64,000 bases of DNA. Origin: an uncultured Actinomycetes bacterium. GTDB lineage: Bacteria; Chloroflexota; Dormibacteria; Aeolococcales; Aeolococcaceae. Location: contig CAZCJX010000004.1 of the NCBI GenBank assembly GCA_964499205.1, positions 653 through 64,652 on the forward strand. Direction: 5' to 3'. Shown in pieces: positions 1 to 8,589 of this stretch (the first letter of the stretch is position 1; every line of letters starts with the position of its first letter). The position numbers and the translations under genes were made by a program. The notes under the pieces were generated by a model. The model saw only the letters and a program-made list of their open reading frames with translations. It made no database searches and was not told the origin of the DNA.

Positions 1-1
1 C

Positions 2-277
2 GACGACCCGCCGCTGGCGTCCGCGTCGGTCCCCGGCAACGGCAAGTACGGGGCGTCGCTCACCTTCGACGGCAGCGGATCGAGCAGTCCCGACACCACC
101 ATCGCCAGCTGGAGCTGGAGCTTCGGCGACGGCACCACGGCGAGTGGCAGGGTGGTGTCGCACACCTACACGCAAGCCACGCCCGGCAGGTCCCTCTTCG
201 TCTGGACGCTGACGGTGACCGACTCGTTCGGCCGCACCGACAGCACCAGCGGGACCATCAAGGTCACGCCTGCCTAG
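2..277 (+). CDS. C-terminal fragment of a PKD-domain protein. The start lies upstream of the window.
   Basis: The frame beginning at nt 2 is open to TAG at 275-277. The translation ...SWSWSFGDGTTASGRVVSHTYTQATPGRSLFVWTLTVTDSFGRTDSTSGTIKVTPA has the WxFGDG...HxY signature of PKD/Ig-like domains. GC3 is high. Confidence 0.5.
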   Translation, partial: DDPPLASASVPGNGKYGASLTFDGSGSSSPDTTIASWSWSFGDGTTASGRVVSHTYTQATPGRSLFVWTLTVTDSFGRTDSTSGTIKVTPA

Positions 278-355
278 ACCGAGCCGGGTGCCGAGGGGCG
301 TCGCGACCTGGACCCTTGCGGCGCCCCTCCTACTCCCCTGCCACGCGCGGGAACC

Positions 356-1288
356 TCACGCGCGCGGGAGCAGAAACGCGGTCAGCGTGCGGTTGAGCAG
401 GTCGGCGCGCTCCCACTGCAGGAAATGCCCGGCGCCGGGAACGACGAAGGGACCGACGCAGCCGGGAAACGCCACCGCCATGCGCTCGGGGAACTGCCGC
501 GGCACCACGTGGTCCTCGGGCCCGTAGAGCACCACGGTGGGGACATGCACCGGTTCGAACATGCGCGGGATCTCCACCACCGGGCGGCGGCCGCAGACGA
601 ACTCGTAGATGCCCCAGGAGTGGCGCAGCTTCTCGGCGTCGAGGAACGGCTCGACCATGAAGTCGACGGCGGCGGGGGTGAACGAGCCGGGCGCGGCCCA
701 GAAGCGGTGGCCGTAGAACTCGGCGACGTAGCGGCGCCGCTTCTCAGGGGTGTGGAGCTCGGCGATGAGCGCGTCGGCGTCGCTGCCCTGGCGGACGAAG
801 TAGTCGGCGGCGGGCCGCATCTCGCGGGGCGGGTCGTCGGGGATGCCGGCGGCGCGGTAGGCGTCGTCGAGGCTGGGCGGCACGGTGTTGAAGAGCACCA
901 TGCGCTCCACCAGCGGGCTGAAGCGCAGCGCGAGGTCGATGGCCACCACGCCGCCGAGGTCGCCGCCGGACACGTCGCAGCGGGTGTGGCCGAGCACCTC
1001 GGTGAGCAGCGCGTGCATGTCGCGGCCGTAGGCGGCGGGGTCGTAGCGGCCGTCGGGGGCGAGGCCCGAGGCGCCGAAGCCGCGCAGGTCGGGGACGATC
1101 ACCTCGAAGCCGGCGGCGGCCAGCGGAGCGACATTGCGCCACCAGATGCGCATCGTCTCGGGATAGCCGTGCAGCAGCAGCAGCGGGCGCCCGCCGGCGC
1201 CCTCGCGCAGGTAGCCGATGCGCACGCCGGTGGAGAGGTCGGCGTGGTGCACCGCGAAGCGGTTGGGGTCGAGGTCGGCGTCGCTCAT
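356..1288 (-). CDS. Alpha/beta-fold hydrolase, epoxide hydrolase / haloalkane dehalogenase-like.
   Basis: Translation carries HGYPE...RIWW near the N-terminus and a nucleophile elbow GGDLGG. Length (~310 aa) suits the family. The ORF extends to 1360, but that start overlaps the MarR operator palindrome. I chose the internal Met (MSDADL...) at 1288. An alternative Met sits at 1315. Confidence 0.8.
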   Translation of the reverse strand: MSDADLDPNRFAVHHADLSTGVRIGYLREGAGGRPLLLLHGYPETMRIWWRNVAPLAAAGFEVIVPDLRGFGASGLAPDGRYDPAAYGRDMHALLTEVLGHTRCDVSGGDLGGVVAIDLALRFSPLVERMVLFNTVPPSLDDAYRAAGIPDDPPREMRPAADYFVRQGSDADALIAELHTPEKRRRYVAEFYGHRFWAAPGSFTPAAVDFMVEPFLDAEKLRHSWGIYEFVCGRRPVVEIPRMFEPVHVPTVVLYGPEDHVVPRQFPERMAVAFPGCVGPFVVPGAGHFLQWERADLLNRTLTAFLLPRA

Positions 1289-1353
1289 GTCGGCAGGCGG
1301 CGAATGGAACCACATCGCCGGGGGTTGCGGCCGGACCGGGAGGTGGCGTATAG

Positions 1354-1366
1354 TTAGCATAGCTAA
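1354..1366. promoter_or_regulatory. Inverted repeat TTAGC-ATA-GCTAA in the divergent hydrolase/marR promoter region; candidate MarR operator.
   Basis: Perfect 5-bp arms with a 3-nt spacer, seen directly in the sequence. It is AT-rich in a 72% GC background and sits 6 nt upstream of the marR start codon. Confidence 0.4.
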
Positions 1367-1371
1367 TCACT

Positions 1372-1875
1372 ATGGGAACCTCAGAGACACCCCGCAGCCC
1401 GGTCCGGAGCAGGAACGCAGCCGGTGGCGGCAGCGCCACGCTCGGCGTCGACGCGCACGACGTCGCCAACCGGCTGCGCCCCGTGCTGCTCCAGCTCAAC
1501 CGCCACCTCCGCCGTGAGACCCACGCGCTGGGCCTGACCAGCGGCCAGGTCACCGTGCTCAGCCACATCCGCACCTCGCCGGGCATCGGCGTCAACGAGC
1601 TGGCCGCGCGGGAGGGGATGTCGGCGCCGAGCATGTCGGGACACGTCGACCGGCTCGAGTCGGGCGGCTTCGTCGAGCGGCTGCGCGCCGAGACGGGTGA
1701 CCGCCGCCGGGTCGGCCTGACCATCACCAAGGCGGGCGTGCGCGCCCTCGACGACGTGCGCCGCCGCCGCACCGCCTGGCTGTCGCGCCGCCTGGAGATC
1801 CTCGATCCCGCCGACCTGGCCCGCGTCGACGCCGCCATCGAGTCCCTGGCACGGCTCATGGAGGTGCAGCCGTGA
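1372..1875 (+). CDS. MarR-family transcriptional regulator.
   Basis: 167 aa. The winged-HTH core reads LTSGQVTVLSHIRTSPGIGVNELAAREGMSAPSMSGHVDRLESGGFVERLRAETGDRRRVGLTITKAG. Its stop overlaps the next gene start (GTGA). Confidence 0.9.
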   Translation: MGTSETPRSPVRSRNAAGGGSATLGVDAHDVANRLRPVLLQLNRHLRRETHALGLTSGQVTVLSHIRTSPGIGVNELAAREGMSAPSMSGHVDRLESGGFVERLRAETGDRRRVGLTITKAGVRALDDVRRRRTAWLSRRLEILDPADLARVDAAIESLARLMEVQP

Positions 1876-3188
1876 GCGCCATGCAGGTGCTGACGCACGC
1901 GCGCACCTTCGACAGCCTGCGCAAGCACCGCAACTACCGGCTCTACTTCGGCGGCCAGGTGGTCTCGGTGACCGGCACCTGGGTGCAGAACGTCGCCCAG
2001 GCCTGGCTGGTGGTGGTGCTGAGCCACTCCTCCCCGCTCGCCGTCGGCGTCCTCGCCGCCTGCCAGTTCGGACCCTACGCCCTGCTCGGCCTGCTCGGCG
2101 GCGTCGCCGTCGATCGCCTCGACTACCGCAGGACGCTGCTCTTCACCCAGAGCGCGATGATGGCCACCGCCGCGGTGCTCGGCGTGCTCTCGTTGACCGG
2201 CGTGGCCCAGGTGTGGATGGTCGACGCCATCGCCGCCGGCAACGGCCTGGTGCTGGTGCTCGACACCCCGGCGCGGCAGTCGTTCACCATCCAGATGGTG
2301 GGGCGCAGGGAGCTGCCCAACGCGGTGGCGCTCAACTCCTCGCTGTTCAACGCCTCACGCATCATGGGCCCCGGCCTGGGCGGGCTGATCATCGCCACCG
2401 CCGGCGTCGGCGTCTGCTTCCTGATCAACGCGGTGAGCTTCATCGCGGTGATCGCCGGGCTGATGATGATGCACCCCTCGGAGTTCCACCCGGTGCAGCG
2501 TGCCGACCGCAGCACCTCGATGCTGGCCGGCATGAAGCAGGGCCTGGGCTACGCGCGCAACACGCCGCGCGTCCGCCTCATCCTCCTGATGATGCTGGTT
2601 GTTGCCACCATCGGCGTGAACTTCAACGTCATGCTGCCGGTGCTGGCCCGCGTCACCCTGCACAGCGGCGCCGAGGTGTTCGGCCTGCTCAGCGCCAGCT
2701 TCGGCGGCGGGGCGCTGGCCGGCGCGCTGGTGGCGGCGTCGATGTCACGGGCGCCGATACGGGTGCTGATCCTCGCCGCCGGCGGCTTCGGGCTCTTCGA
2801 GATGCTGCTCGCCTTCCAGACCACCACGCCGGGGGCGATCATCGCCCTGGCCCTGGTCGGGGTCTGCTTCACGCTCTACACCGCCAACAGCAACTCCACG
2901 CTGCAGCTGGCCGTGCCCGACCAGCTCCGCGGCCGGGTGATGGCCCTCTACGCCTACGTCTTCTTCGGCACCGCCCCGCTGGGCGGCCTGCTCGCCGGCT
3001 GGCTGGCCGACACCGGCGGGACCCGGCTCGCCTTCCTCGTCGCCGGGGCGGCGGGGGTGGTGATGTCGACCTACGGGCTGCTGCGCACCGGCGGCGCCCA
3101 GAACCTGCGCACCCGGCTCTCGCAGCGGCGGCGGCGGCGGCGCGAGACCTTCGACATCCCCGGCGGCACCGCCGTGCCACGGGAGTAG
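1872..3188 (+). CDS. MFS transporter, DHA3/EntS-like efflux pump.
   Basis: 438 aa with about 12 predicted TM helices and a typical MFS N-terminal region (RNYRLYFGGQVVSVTGTWVQNVAQAWLV). It is translationally coupled to marR. Confidence 0.9.
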   Translation: MSAMQVLTHARTFDSLRKHRNYRLYFGGQVVSVTGTWVQNVAQAWLVVVLSHSSPLAVGVLAACQFGPYALLGLLGGVAVDRLDYRRTLLFTQSAMMATAAVLGVLSLTGVAQVWMVDAIAAGNGLVLVLDTPARQSFTIQMVGRRELPNAVALNSSLFNASRIMGPGLGGLIIATAGVGVCFLINAVSFIAVIAGLMMMHPSEFHPVQRADRSTSMLAGMKQGLGYARNTPRVRLILLMMLVVATIGVNFNVMLPVLARVTLHSGAEVFGLLSASFGGGALAGALVAASMSRAPIRVLILAAGGFGLFEMLLAFQTTTPGAIIALALVGVCFTLYTANSNSTLQLAVPDQLRGRVMALYAYVFFGTAPLGGLLAGWLADTGGTRLAFLVAGAAGVVMSTYGLLRTGGAQNLRTRLSQRRRRRRETFDIPGGTAVPRE

Positions 3189-3267
3189 CCCCCGAAGGCA
3201 CCCCCGGCCTCCCGGCTCGAACCTGTGCCCATTGCTATCATGAGTGCCTACATTGGAGGTGTAGCTC

Positions 3268-3513
3268 ATGACCGATCGCGAGGGCGACGCCCTGGAGCGG
3301 GCCGCCACTGAGCTGGATCCCGGCGAGAGCGCCGAGGAGAAGGCGCGCCGGCTCCGGCCCGAGCTGGAGAAGTCCGCCAGCGAGAGCGAGGCCAAGGAGG
3401 ACCAGGACCTGAGGTCGGACAGCGCCGCCCCCGAGCGGGCGTCCGAGGGTGTCGCCGAGCACGAGCGCGACATGGTTCGCCGCGGCTTCGAGAAGGAAGG
3501 CCCGCCCGAGTGA
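3268..3513 (+). CDS. Small acidic hypothetical protein (81 aa).
   Basis: GGAGG Shine-Dalgarno 8 nt upstream of ATG. GC3 is high. The product is rich in Glu/Asp/Ala with no recognisable domain. A GC hairpin follows. Confidence 0.45.
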   Translation: MTDREGDALERAATELDPGESAEEKARRLRPELEKSASESEAKEDQDLRSDSAAPERASEGVAEHERDMVRRGFEKEGPPE

Positions 3514-3520
3514 TCGCCGC

Positions 3521-3555
3521 GCCGGCCCGGTGGGTTGCGTGCCCGCCGGGCCGGC
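3521..3555. terminator. GC-rich hairpin between convergent genes; candidate bidirectional terminator.
   Basis: GCCGGCCCGG (3521-3530) pairs with CCGGGCCGGC (3546-3555). It lies between the stop of the 3268-3513 gene and the stop of the LuxR gene. Confidence 0.4.
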
Positions 3556-3573
3556 TCGCGGCGCGAGCGCCGC

Positions 3574-4665
3574 TCAGCGGCCCCGCAGCAGCGCCAGCAG
3601 CTCGGCCTGGGAGTGCACGTCGAACAGGCTGTAGATGGCGGCGAGGTGGTTGCGCACCGTCCCCGCGCTGAGGAAGAGGTCCTGGGCGATGGTGGGGACG
3701 CGGTCGCCGGCGAGCAGCCGGATGAGGATCTGCCACTGGCGGCTGGAGAGGCGGTTGAGCTCGGGGTGCTCGCTGGCCGAGGGCAGCCGCTCGATCCCCT
3801 CGATGAACCCCGCGCCGCGCAGCTCGGCCACGATGTGCTGCAGCCGCGTCTCCAGGTCGCTGAGCCGGGCGGCGGCGGGCAGCGACTCCTCTGCCTGGTG
3901 GGGCAGCAGCACGAAGCCCACCGGCGGCGGGTCGTCGGCGGTGAGCGGCACCAGGGCGATGACGAGGGGCACCCAGGTGCCGCTCTCGTGGCGCAGCCGC
4001 ACCTTGCGGCAGACGATCTCGCCCACGGCGGCCTCGGCCGCCGCCCTGAGCAGGCCGCCGGCGTCGTCGGGGTGGGCCAGGGCGATCAGGGGGAGACCGA
4101 TGTAGTCCTCCTGGGTGCCGCCCAGGAGGGTGGGCATCTCCGAGCTCACCGAGACGATCCGCCACTGCGCGTCGGCGGTGCCGACCACCAGGGGCTCCAC
4201 CCACACCAGCGGTCCCAAGCGGCGGCCCCTCTCGTCGGCGGGCACCAGCAGCACGACCGCCGAGCGCATGCCGTCGAGGTCGACGGCGCGGGTCCAGTTG
4301 AGCACCTCGTGCACCTTCCCCCGGGCATCGATGAGGCGCCGCCTGGCGCGGTAGGCGTCGACGTTGCCGGCGCTCAGTGCCTCCAGCGAGTGCCGCACCG
4401 CTGCCTGGTCCTCGAAGCCGATCAGCTCCCACCAGAGGCGGCCGGTCACGGCGTCGAGGGCGAGGCCGGCCAGCTCCGCCGCCGCCTGGTTGGCGGCGAC
4501 GATCCGAGCCTCGGGCAGGGTGATGACAGCGGCGGCAATGTCGAGCGACTGCAGCGCCTGGTGGTGCACCAGGGAGGCGCCGGCGAGCAGCTCGGTGCGC
4601 AGCGCAGCGCGCTGTTCCGGCCGCGGCCCGGCCCCGTTCTCCGGCGGCACGCTGCTCCCTGTCAT
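3574..4665 (-). CDS. LuxR-family transcriptional regulator with N-terminal PAS-like sensor region.
   Basis: The C-terminal HTH reads LSSRQWQILIRLLAGDRVPTIAQDLFLSAGTVRNHLAAIYSLFDVHSQAELLALL, the GerE/LuxR signature. The N-terminal ~280 aa are PAS-like. Confidence 0.8.
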   Translation of the reverse strand: MTGSSVPPENGAGPRPEQRAALRTELLAGASLVHHQALQSLDIAAAVITLPEARIVAANQAAAELAGLALDAVTGRLWWELIGFEDQAAVRHSLEALSAGNVDAYRARRRLIDARGKVHEVLNWTRAVDLDGMRSAVVLLVPADERGRRLGPLVWVEPLVVGTADAQWRIVSVSSEMPTLLGGTQEDYIGLPLIALAHPDDAGGLLRAAAEAAVGEIVCRKVRLRHESGTWVPLVIALVPLTADDPPPVGFVLLPHQAEESLPAAARLSDLETRLQHIVAELRGAGFIEGIERLPSASEHPELNRLSSRQWQILIRLLAGDRVPTIAQDLFLSAGTVRNHLAAIYSLFDVHSQAELLALLRGR

Positions 4666-4812
4666 CCGCGCCGATTACGCTACACGCCAGTCCCGGTTTG
4701 CGCGAGAGGGTTCCTGTCCGTTTGGCGCCTGGCAGAAAACAGCGCCATGTCACAGGGCAGATGACGCACTGTCGGAGCGGGGTTCGCCGGACTCGCGCAA
4801 GACTGCAAAGCA

Positions 4813-6585
4813 ATGGGAGGCTCGAAAGACAATGCGTGGGGCCTGCTCGCGCGCATCGCACGGGTGCGCTGGGCGGCCCTCGCGCTGGCCGCATCGTATG
4901 CCGTGTTCGGCCGGGCGCCCGGCACCTCACCGGTCTGGCTGGTGGCCGGCGTCGTGCTGGCGACTGCACTCAACGGCGCAGTCACCCTGCACACCCGCCT
5001 GCCCCGCCTGACCCCCGGCGCGATGGCGGCGGCCACCGTGGCGGCCGACTGCCTGTGGATCGCCGCCGCGGCCGTGGTGGTCAACACCACCCAGCCCGGC
5101 CTCACCCCGGTGATCGGCGCCATCGCGCTGAGCTCCGAGTGCGCGCTGCTCTGGGGCTGGCAGGGCGCGGCGGGGTCGCTGGGCCTCGCCGTGGGCGGCC
5201 TGCTCGGGGTGGGGCTGGTGCAGCGGCACCACCTGGTCGGTCTCGACGGCGGCAGCAGCCTGGTCCACCAGGCGGCCGCCGTGGCGGTGTCGGCGGCCTT
5301 CGCCGCGGTCGCCTCGGCAGTGCTGCGCGAGCAGGGCGGGCAGCTCGTCGACCAGTCGGCGGCGCTGGCCCGGCACGCCCGCACCGACCACCTCACCGGG
5401 CTGGCCAACGACCTCGCCCTGCGCGAGGCGGTCGAGGCCCTGGGCGCGGCGCCGTACGGTCTGCTGCTGGTCGACGTCGACGGCATGCGTTCCACCAACG
5501 TGGTCTACGGGCACCAGGCGGGCGACGAGATGCTGCTGGCCATCGCCCGGGTGCTGCTGGCGCTGTGCCGCCCCGGCGACCTCGCCGTGCGCCTCGGCGA
5601 GGACGAGTTCGTGCTCCTGCTGCCAGGCGCCGGCAAGGCGCGGGCCGAGGCGCTGGCCGAGAAGCTGCGCCTGGCGGTGCAGGGGGTGGCCGTGTCGGCC
5701 GGCGACGTGCGGATCTGCGCCGGGGTGGCCTGGAGCGCCGGCGACGACGGCGTCGATGCCGTGCTGGCGCGCGCCGACGACGCGCTCTTCGCCGCCAAGG
5801 CGCGCGGCGGCGATCTCGTGGTCACCCAGGGCGAGGCGAGCGGCGCCGGGCGGCGGCGCTGGCGCTCGGCGGTGGAGTCGGTGCTCGGCTCCGACCGGGG
5901 CGTCTACCCCGTCTACCAGGCGATCGTGCGCGTCGAGGACGGATGCCCCACCGGCTGGGAGGCGCTGAGCCGGCCGCTCGACTGGCCCGCCGACGCCGGT
6001 GTCGAGGGGATGTTCCTCACCGCCCACCGCATGGGTCGCGGCCGCGACCTCGACTGGCGCTGCCGCCGCAACGCGCTCTCCGAGGCGTCGCGCCTGCCCG
6101 GCGACCTCTACGTCAACGTCAACCTCGGCGCCCTGGCCGACCCGGTGCACGACGTCGACCAGATGCTGCTGCTCTGCGATTGGGCCAAGCGCAACCCGAG
6201 CAGCGTGGTGCTGGAGCTGAGCGAGCGCGACGCCGTCCCCGACCTCGACCGCCTGCGCCGCGTCCTGGCCGGCTACCGCGACGCCGGCTTCCGGGTCGCC
6301 GTCGACGACGTCGGGCAGGGGCAGACCACGCTGGAGCTGCTGCTGGCGGTGCGCCCCGAGTTCGTCAAGCTGGCCCAGCCGCTGGTGCAGGCGGCGCGGG
6401 TGGACACCACGGCGCGGTCGGGGGTGAGCGCCATGGTCGGCTTCGCCCACGACACCGGCGCGGCGGTGGTGGCCGAGGGGGTCGAGGATGACGCCGACCG
6501 CGCCCTCTGCGCCGACACGCGCATCGACCTGGCCCAGGGGTGGCTGTTCGGCCGTCCCCAGCCGGCCGACCGTCTGGCCGGCTGA
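4813..6585 (+). CDS. Membrane-anchored GGDEF-EAL protein (c-di-GMP turnover). The GGDEF motif is degenerate (RLGEDEF).
   Basis: The N-terminus has about 5 TM helices. The GGDEF domain runs HLTGLAN...LLLVDVDGMRSTNVVYGHQAGDEML...RLGEDEFVLLL. The EAL domain has VYQAIV...ELSERD...DDVGQG. It is divergent from the PAS-LuxR gene. Confidence 0.85.
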   Translation: MGGSKDNAWGLLARIARVRWAALALAASYAVFGRAPGTSPVWLVAGVVLATALNGAVTLHTRLPRLTPGAMAAATVAADCLWIAAAAVVVNTTQPGLTPVIGAIALSSECALLWGWQGAAGSLGLAVGGLLGVGLVQRHHLVGLDGGSSLVHQAAAVAVSAAFAAVASAVLREQGGQLVDQSAALARHARTDHLTGLANDLALREAVEALGAAPYGLLLVDVDGMRSTNVVYGHQAGDEMLLAIARVLLALCRPGDLAVRLGEDEFVLLLPGAGKARAEALAEKLRLAVQGVAVSAGDVRICAGVAWSAGDDGVDAVLARADDALFAAKARGGDLVVTQGEASGAGRRRWRSAVESVLGSDRGVYPVYQAIVRVEDGCPTGWEALSRPLDWPADAGVEGMFLTAHRMGRGRDLDWRCRRNALSEASRLPGDLYVNVNLGALADPVHDVDQMLLLCDWAKRNPSSVVLELSERDAVPDLDRLRRVLAGYRDAGFRVAVDDVGQGQTTLELLLAVRPEFVKLAQPLVQAARVDTTARSGVSAMVGFAHDTGAAVVAEGVEDDADRALCADTRIDLAQGWLFGRPQPADRLAG

Positions 6586-6644
6586 CCTCGTACGATCCCC
6601 AGTCGCAGCGCGCCAATCCCCGCCAGTTGGAAGGAGCAGAGATC

Positions 6645-8588
6645 GTGAGCGAGCCGTTCGCCTGGACACCGACGCCGGAGCAGGTGGCCCAGAGCCGGCT
6701 GCGTGGCTTCCTCGACAAGCTGGGCTGCGCCGACCTCGCCGCCTTGCAGGCGCGCGCCCGCGACGACGTCGACGGGTTCTGGGAGGCGGTGGTCGACGAC
6801 ATCGGCATCGGCTGGTCGCGCCGCTTCGACCGCGTCCACGACGCTTCCGAGGGCATCGCCTGGACGCGCTGGTGGATCGGTGGCCGGCTCAACCTCGCCG
6901 CCAACGCGGCTGACCGGCACGCCGCGGCGACGCCCGGCAAGCCGGCGGTGATCTGGGAGGGCGACGACGGCGAGGTGCGCACCCTGACGTTCGCGCAGCT
7001 TGCGGCAGAAACGTCGCGCGCCGCGGGGGCGCTGCGCGCGCTGGGCGTCGGCCCCGGCGACGCCGTCGGGCTCTGCATGCCGATGATCCCCGAGACGGTG
7101 GCGCTGTTCCTCGCCTGCGCCAAGCTGGGCGCGGTGGTGGCGCCGCTGTTCAGCGGCTACGGCGCCGGCGCGATCAGCAGCCGCATGGCCGACTGCGACG
7201 CCAAGGTGCTCTGCGTCAGCGACGGCTTCCTGCGCCGCGGCCAGCCGGTGCTGCTCAAGCAGGTCGCCGACGAGGCGGCGGAGTCGATCCCCACGCTGCG
7301 GCACATCCTGGTGGTGCGCCGCCTCGGCGACCGCGCGACGGTCGCGATGCAGCCGGGCCGGGACGCCTGGTACGACGAGCTCTGCGCGCAGCAGGCCGAC
7401 CACCTCGACGCGCACGACACCGCCGCCGACGACCCCTTCATGCTGATCTACACCAGCGGCACCACGGGCCGTCCCAAGGGAACGGTGCACGTGCAGGGCG
7501 GCTTTCCGATCAAGGCGACGCACGACATGGCCCACTGCTTCGATGTGCGGCCGTCGGATCGCCTGCTCTGGGTCACCGACATCGGCTGGATGATGGGCCC
7601 CTGGGCGATCATCGGCACGCTGACCATCGGCGCCACGCTGGTGATCTACGAGGGCACGCCCGACCACCCCGGGCCCGACCGGCTCTGGTCGGTGGCATCG
7701 CGCCACGGGGTCACCGTGCTCGGCGTCGCACCCACGGTGGTGCGCGCGCTGATGCGCCACGGCAACGACCCGGTGCATGCGCACGACCTCTCCGCGCTGC
7801 GCATCCTCGGCTCCAGCGGCGAGCCCTGGAACCCCGACCCCTGGCGGTGGTTCCTCGACGAGGTGGGCGGCGGCCGCTGCCCGATCATCAACTACAGCGG
7901 CGGCACCGAGGTCAGCGGCGGCATCCTCTGCGGCAACGTGCTGGGGCCGATGCGGCCGTGCAGCTTCAGCGGACCCTGCCCAGGCATGGACGCGGAGGTG
8001 TACGACGAGAACGGCAACCCGGTGCGCGGCGCCGTCGGCGAGCTGGTGGTGCGCCGCCCCTGGCCGGGCATGACCCGCGGCTTCTGGCGCGACCCGCAGC
8101 GCTACCTCGACACCTACTGGTCGCGCTGGCCCGACACCTGGGTGCACGGCGACTGGGCGGAGGTCGACGAGGGCGGCCTCTGGTACATCCGGGGACGCTC
8201 CGACGACACCATCAAGGTGGCCGGCAAGCGGCTCGGCCCCGCCGAGGTGGAGTCGGCGCTGGTGGCGCACGCCGCGGTGGCCGAGGCGGCCGCCATCGGG
8301 GTGCCCGACCCGCTCAAGGGCGAGGCGCTGGTGGCGTTCGTCGTGTTGCGGCCACAGGTGGCAGATACGCCGGAGCTGCGCAGCGAACTGGGCGCCTGCA
8401 TCACCGCCGAGCTGGGCAAGGCGCTGGCGCCCAAGGCGGTGGAGGTGGTCGCCGAGCTGCCCAAGACGCGCAACGCCAAGGTGCTGCGCCGGGTGGTGCG
8501 CGCCGTCTACCTGGGCAACGACCCCGGCGACCTCTCCTCGCTGGAGAACCGCACCGCCCTCGACGCGCTGGGCGCGGTGCGCCGCTGA
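6645..8588 (+). CDS. AMP-forming acyl-CoA synthetase, acetoacetyl-CoA synthetase / acetate-CoA ligase family.
   Basis: YTSGTTGRPKG (AMP-binding motif I), YSGGTE, and a C-terminal KTRNAKVLRR lysine motif. GTG start at 6645 with a GGAAGGAG Shine-Dalgarno. The ORF's upstream extension overlaps the previous gene. Confidence 0.85.
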   Translation: MSEPFAWTPTPEQVAQSRLRGFLDKLGCADLAALQARARDDVDGFWEAVVDDIGIGWSRRFDRVHDASEGIAWTRWWIGGRLNLAANAADRHAAATPGKPAVIWEGDDGEVRTLTFAQLAAETSRAAGALRALGVGPGDAVGLCMPMIPETVALFLACAKLGAVVAPLFSGYGAGAISSRMADCDAKVLCVSDGFLRRGQPVLLKQVADEAAESIPTLRHILVVRRLGDRATVAMQPGRDAWYDELCAQQADHLDAHDTAADDPFMLIYTSGTTGRPKGTVHVQGGFPIKATHDMAHCFDVRPSDRLLWVTDIGWMMGPWAIIGTLTIGATLVIYEGTPDHPGPDRLWSVASRHGVTVLGVAPTVVRALMRHGNDPVHAHDLSALRILGSSGEPWNPDPWRWFLDEVGGGRCPIINYSGGTEVSGGILCGNVLGPMRPCSFSGPCPGMDAEVYDENGNPVRGAVGELVVRRPWPGMTRGFWRDPQRYLDTYWSRWPDTWVHGDWAEVDEGGLWYIRGRSDDTIKVAGKRLGPAEVESALVAHAAVAEAAAIGVPDPLKGEALVAFVVLRPQVADTPELRSELGACITAELGKALAPKAVEVVAELPKTRNAKVLRRVVRAVYLGNDPGDLSSLENRTALDALGAVRR

Positions 8589-8589
8589 C

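Noticed and set aside
3535-6669. Long ORFs 3535-4764 (+), 4698-6491 (+), 4927-6669 (-).
   Set aside because: They are antisense or off-frame relative to the LuxR and GGDEF-EAL genes. No domains.
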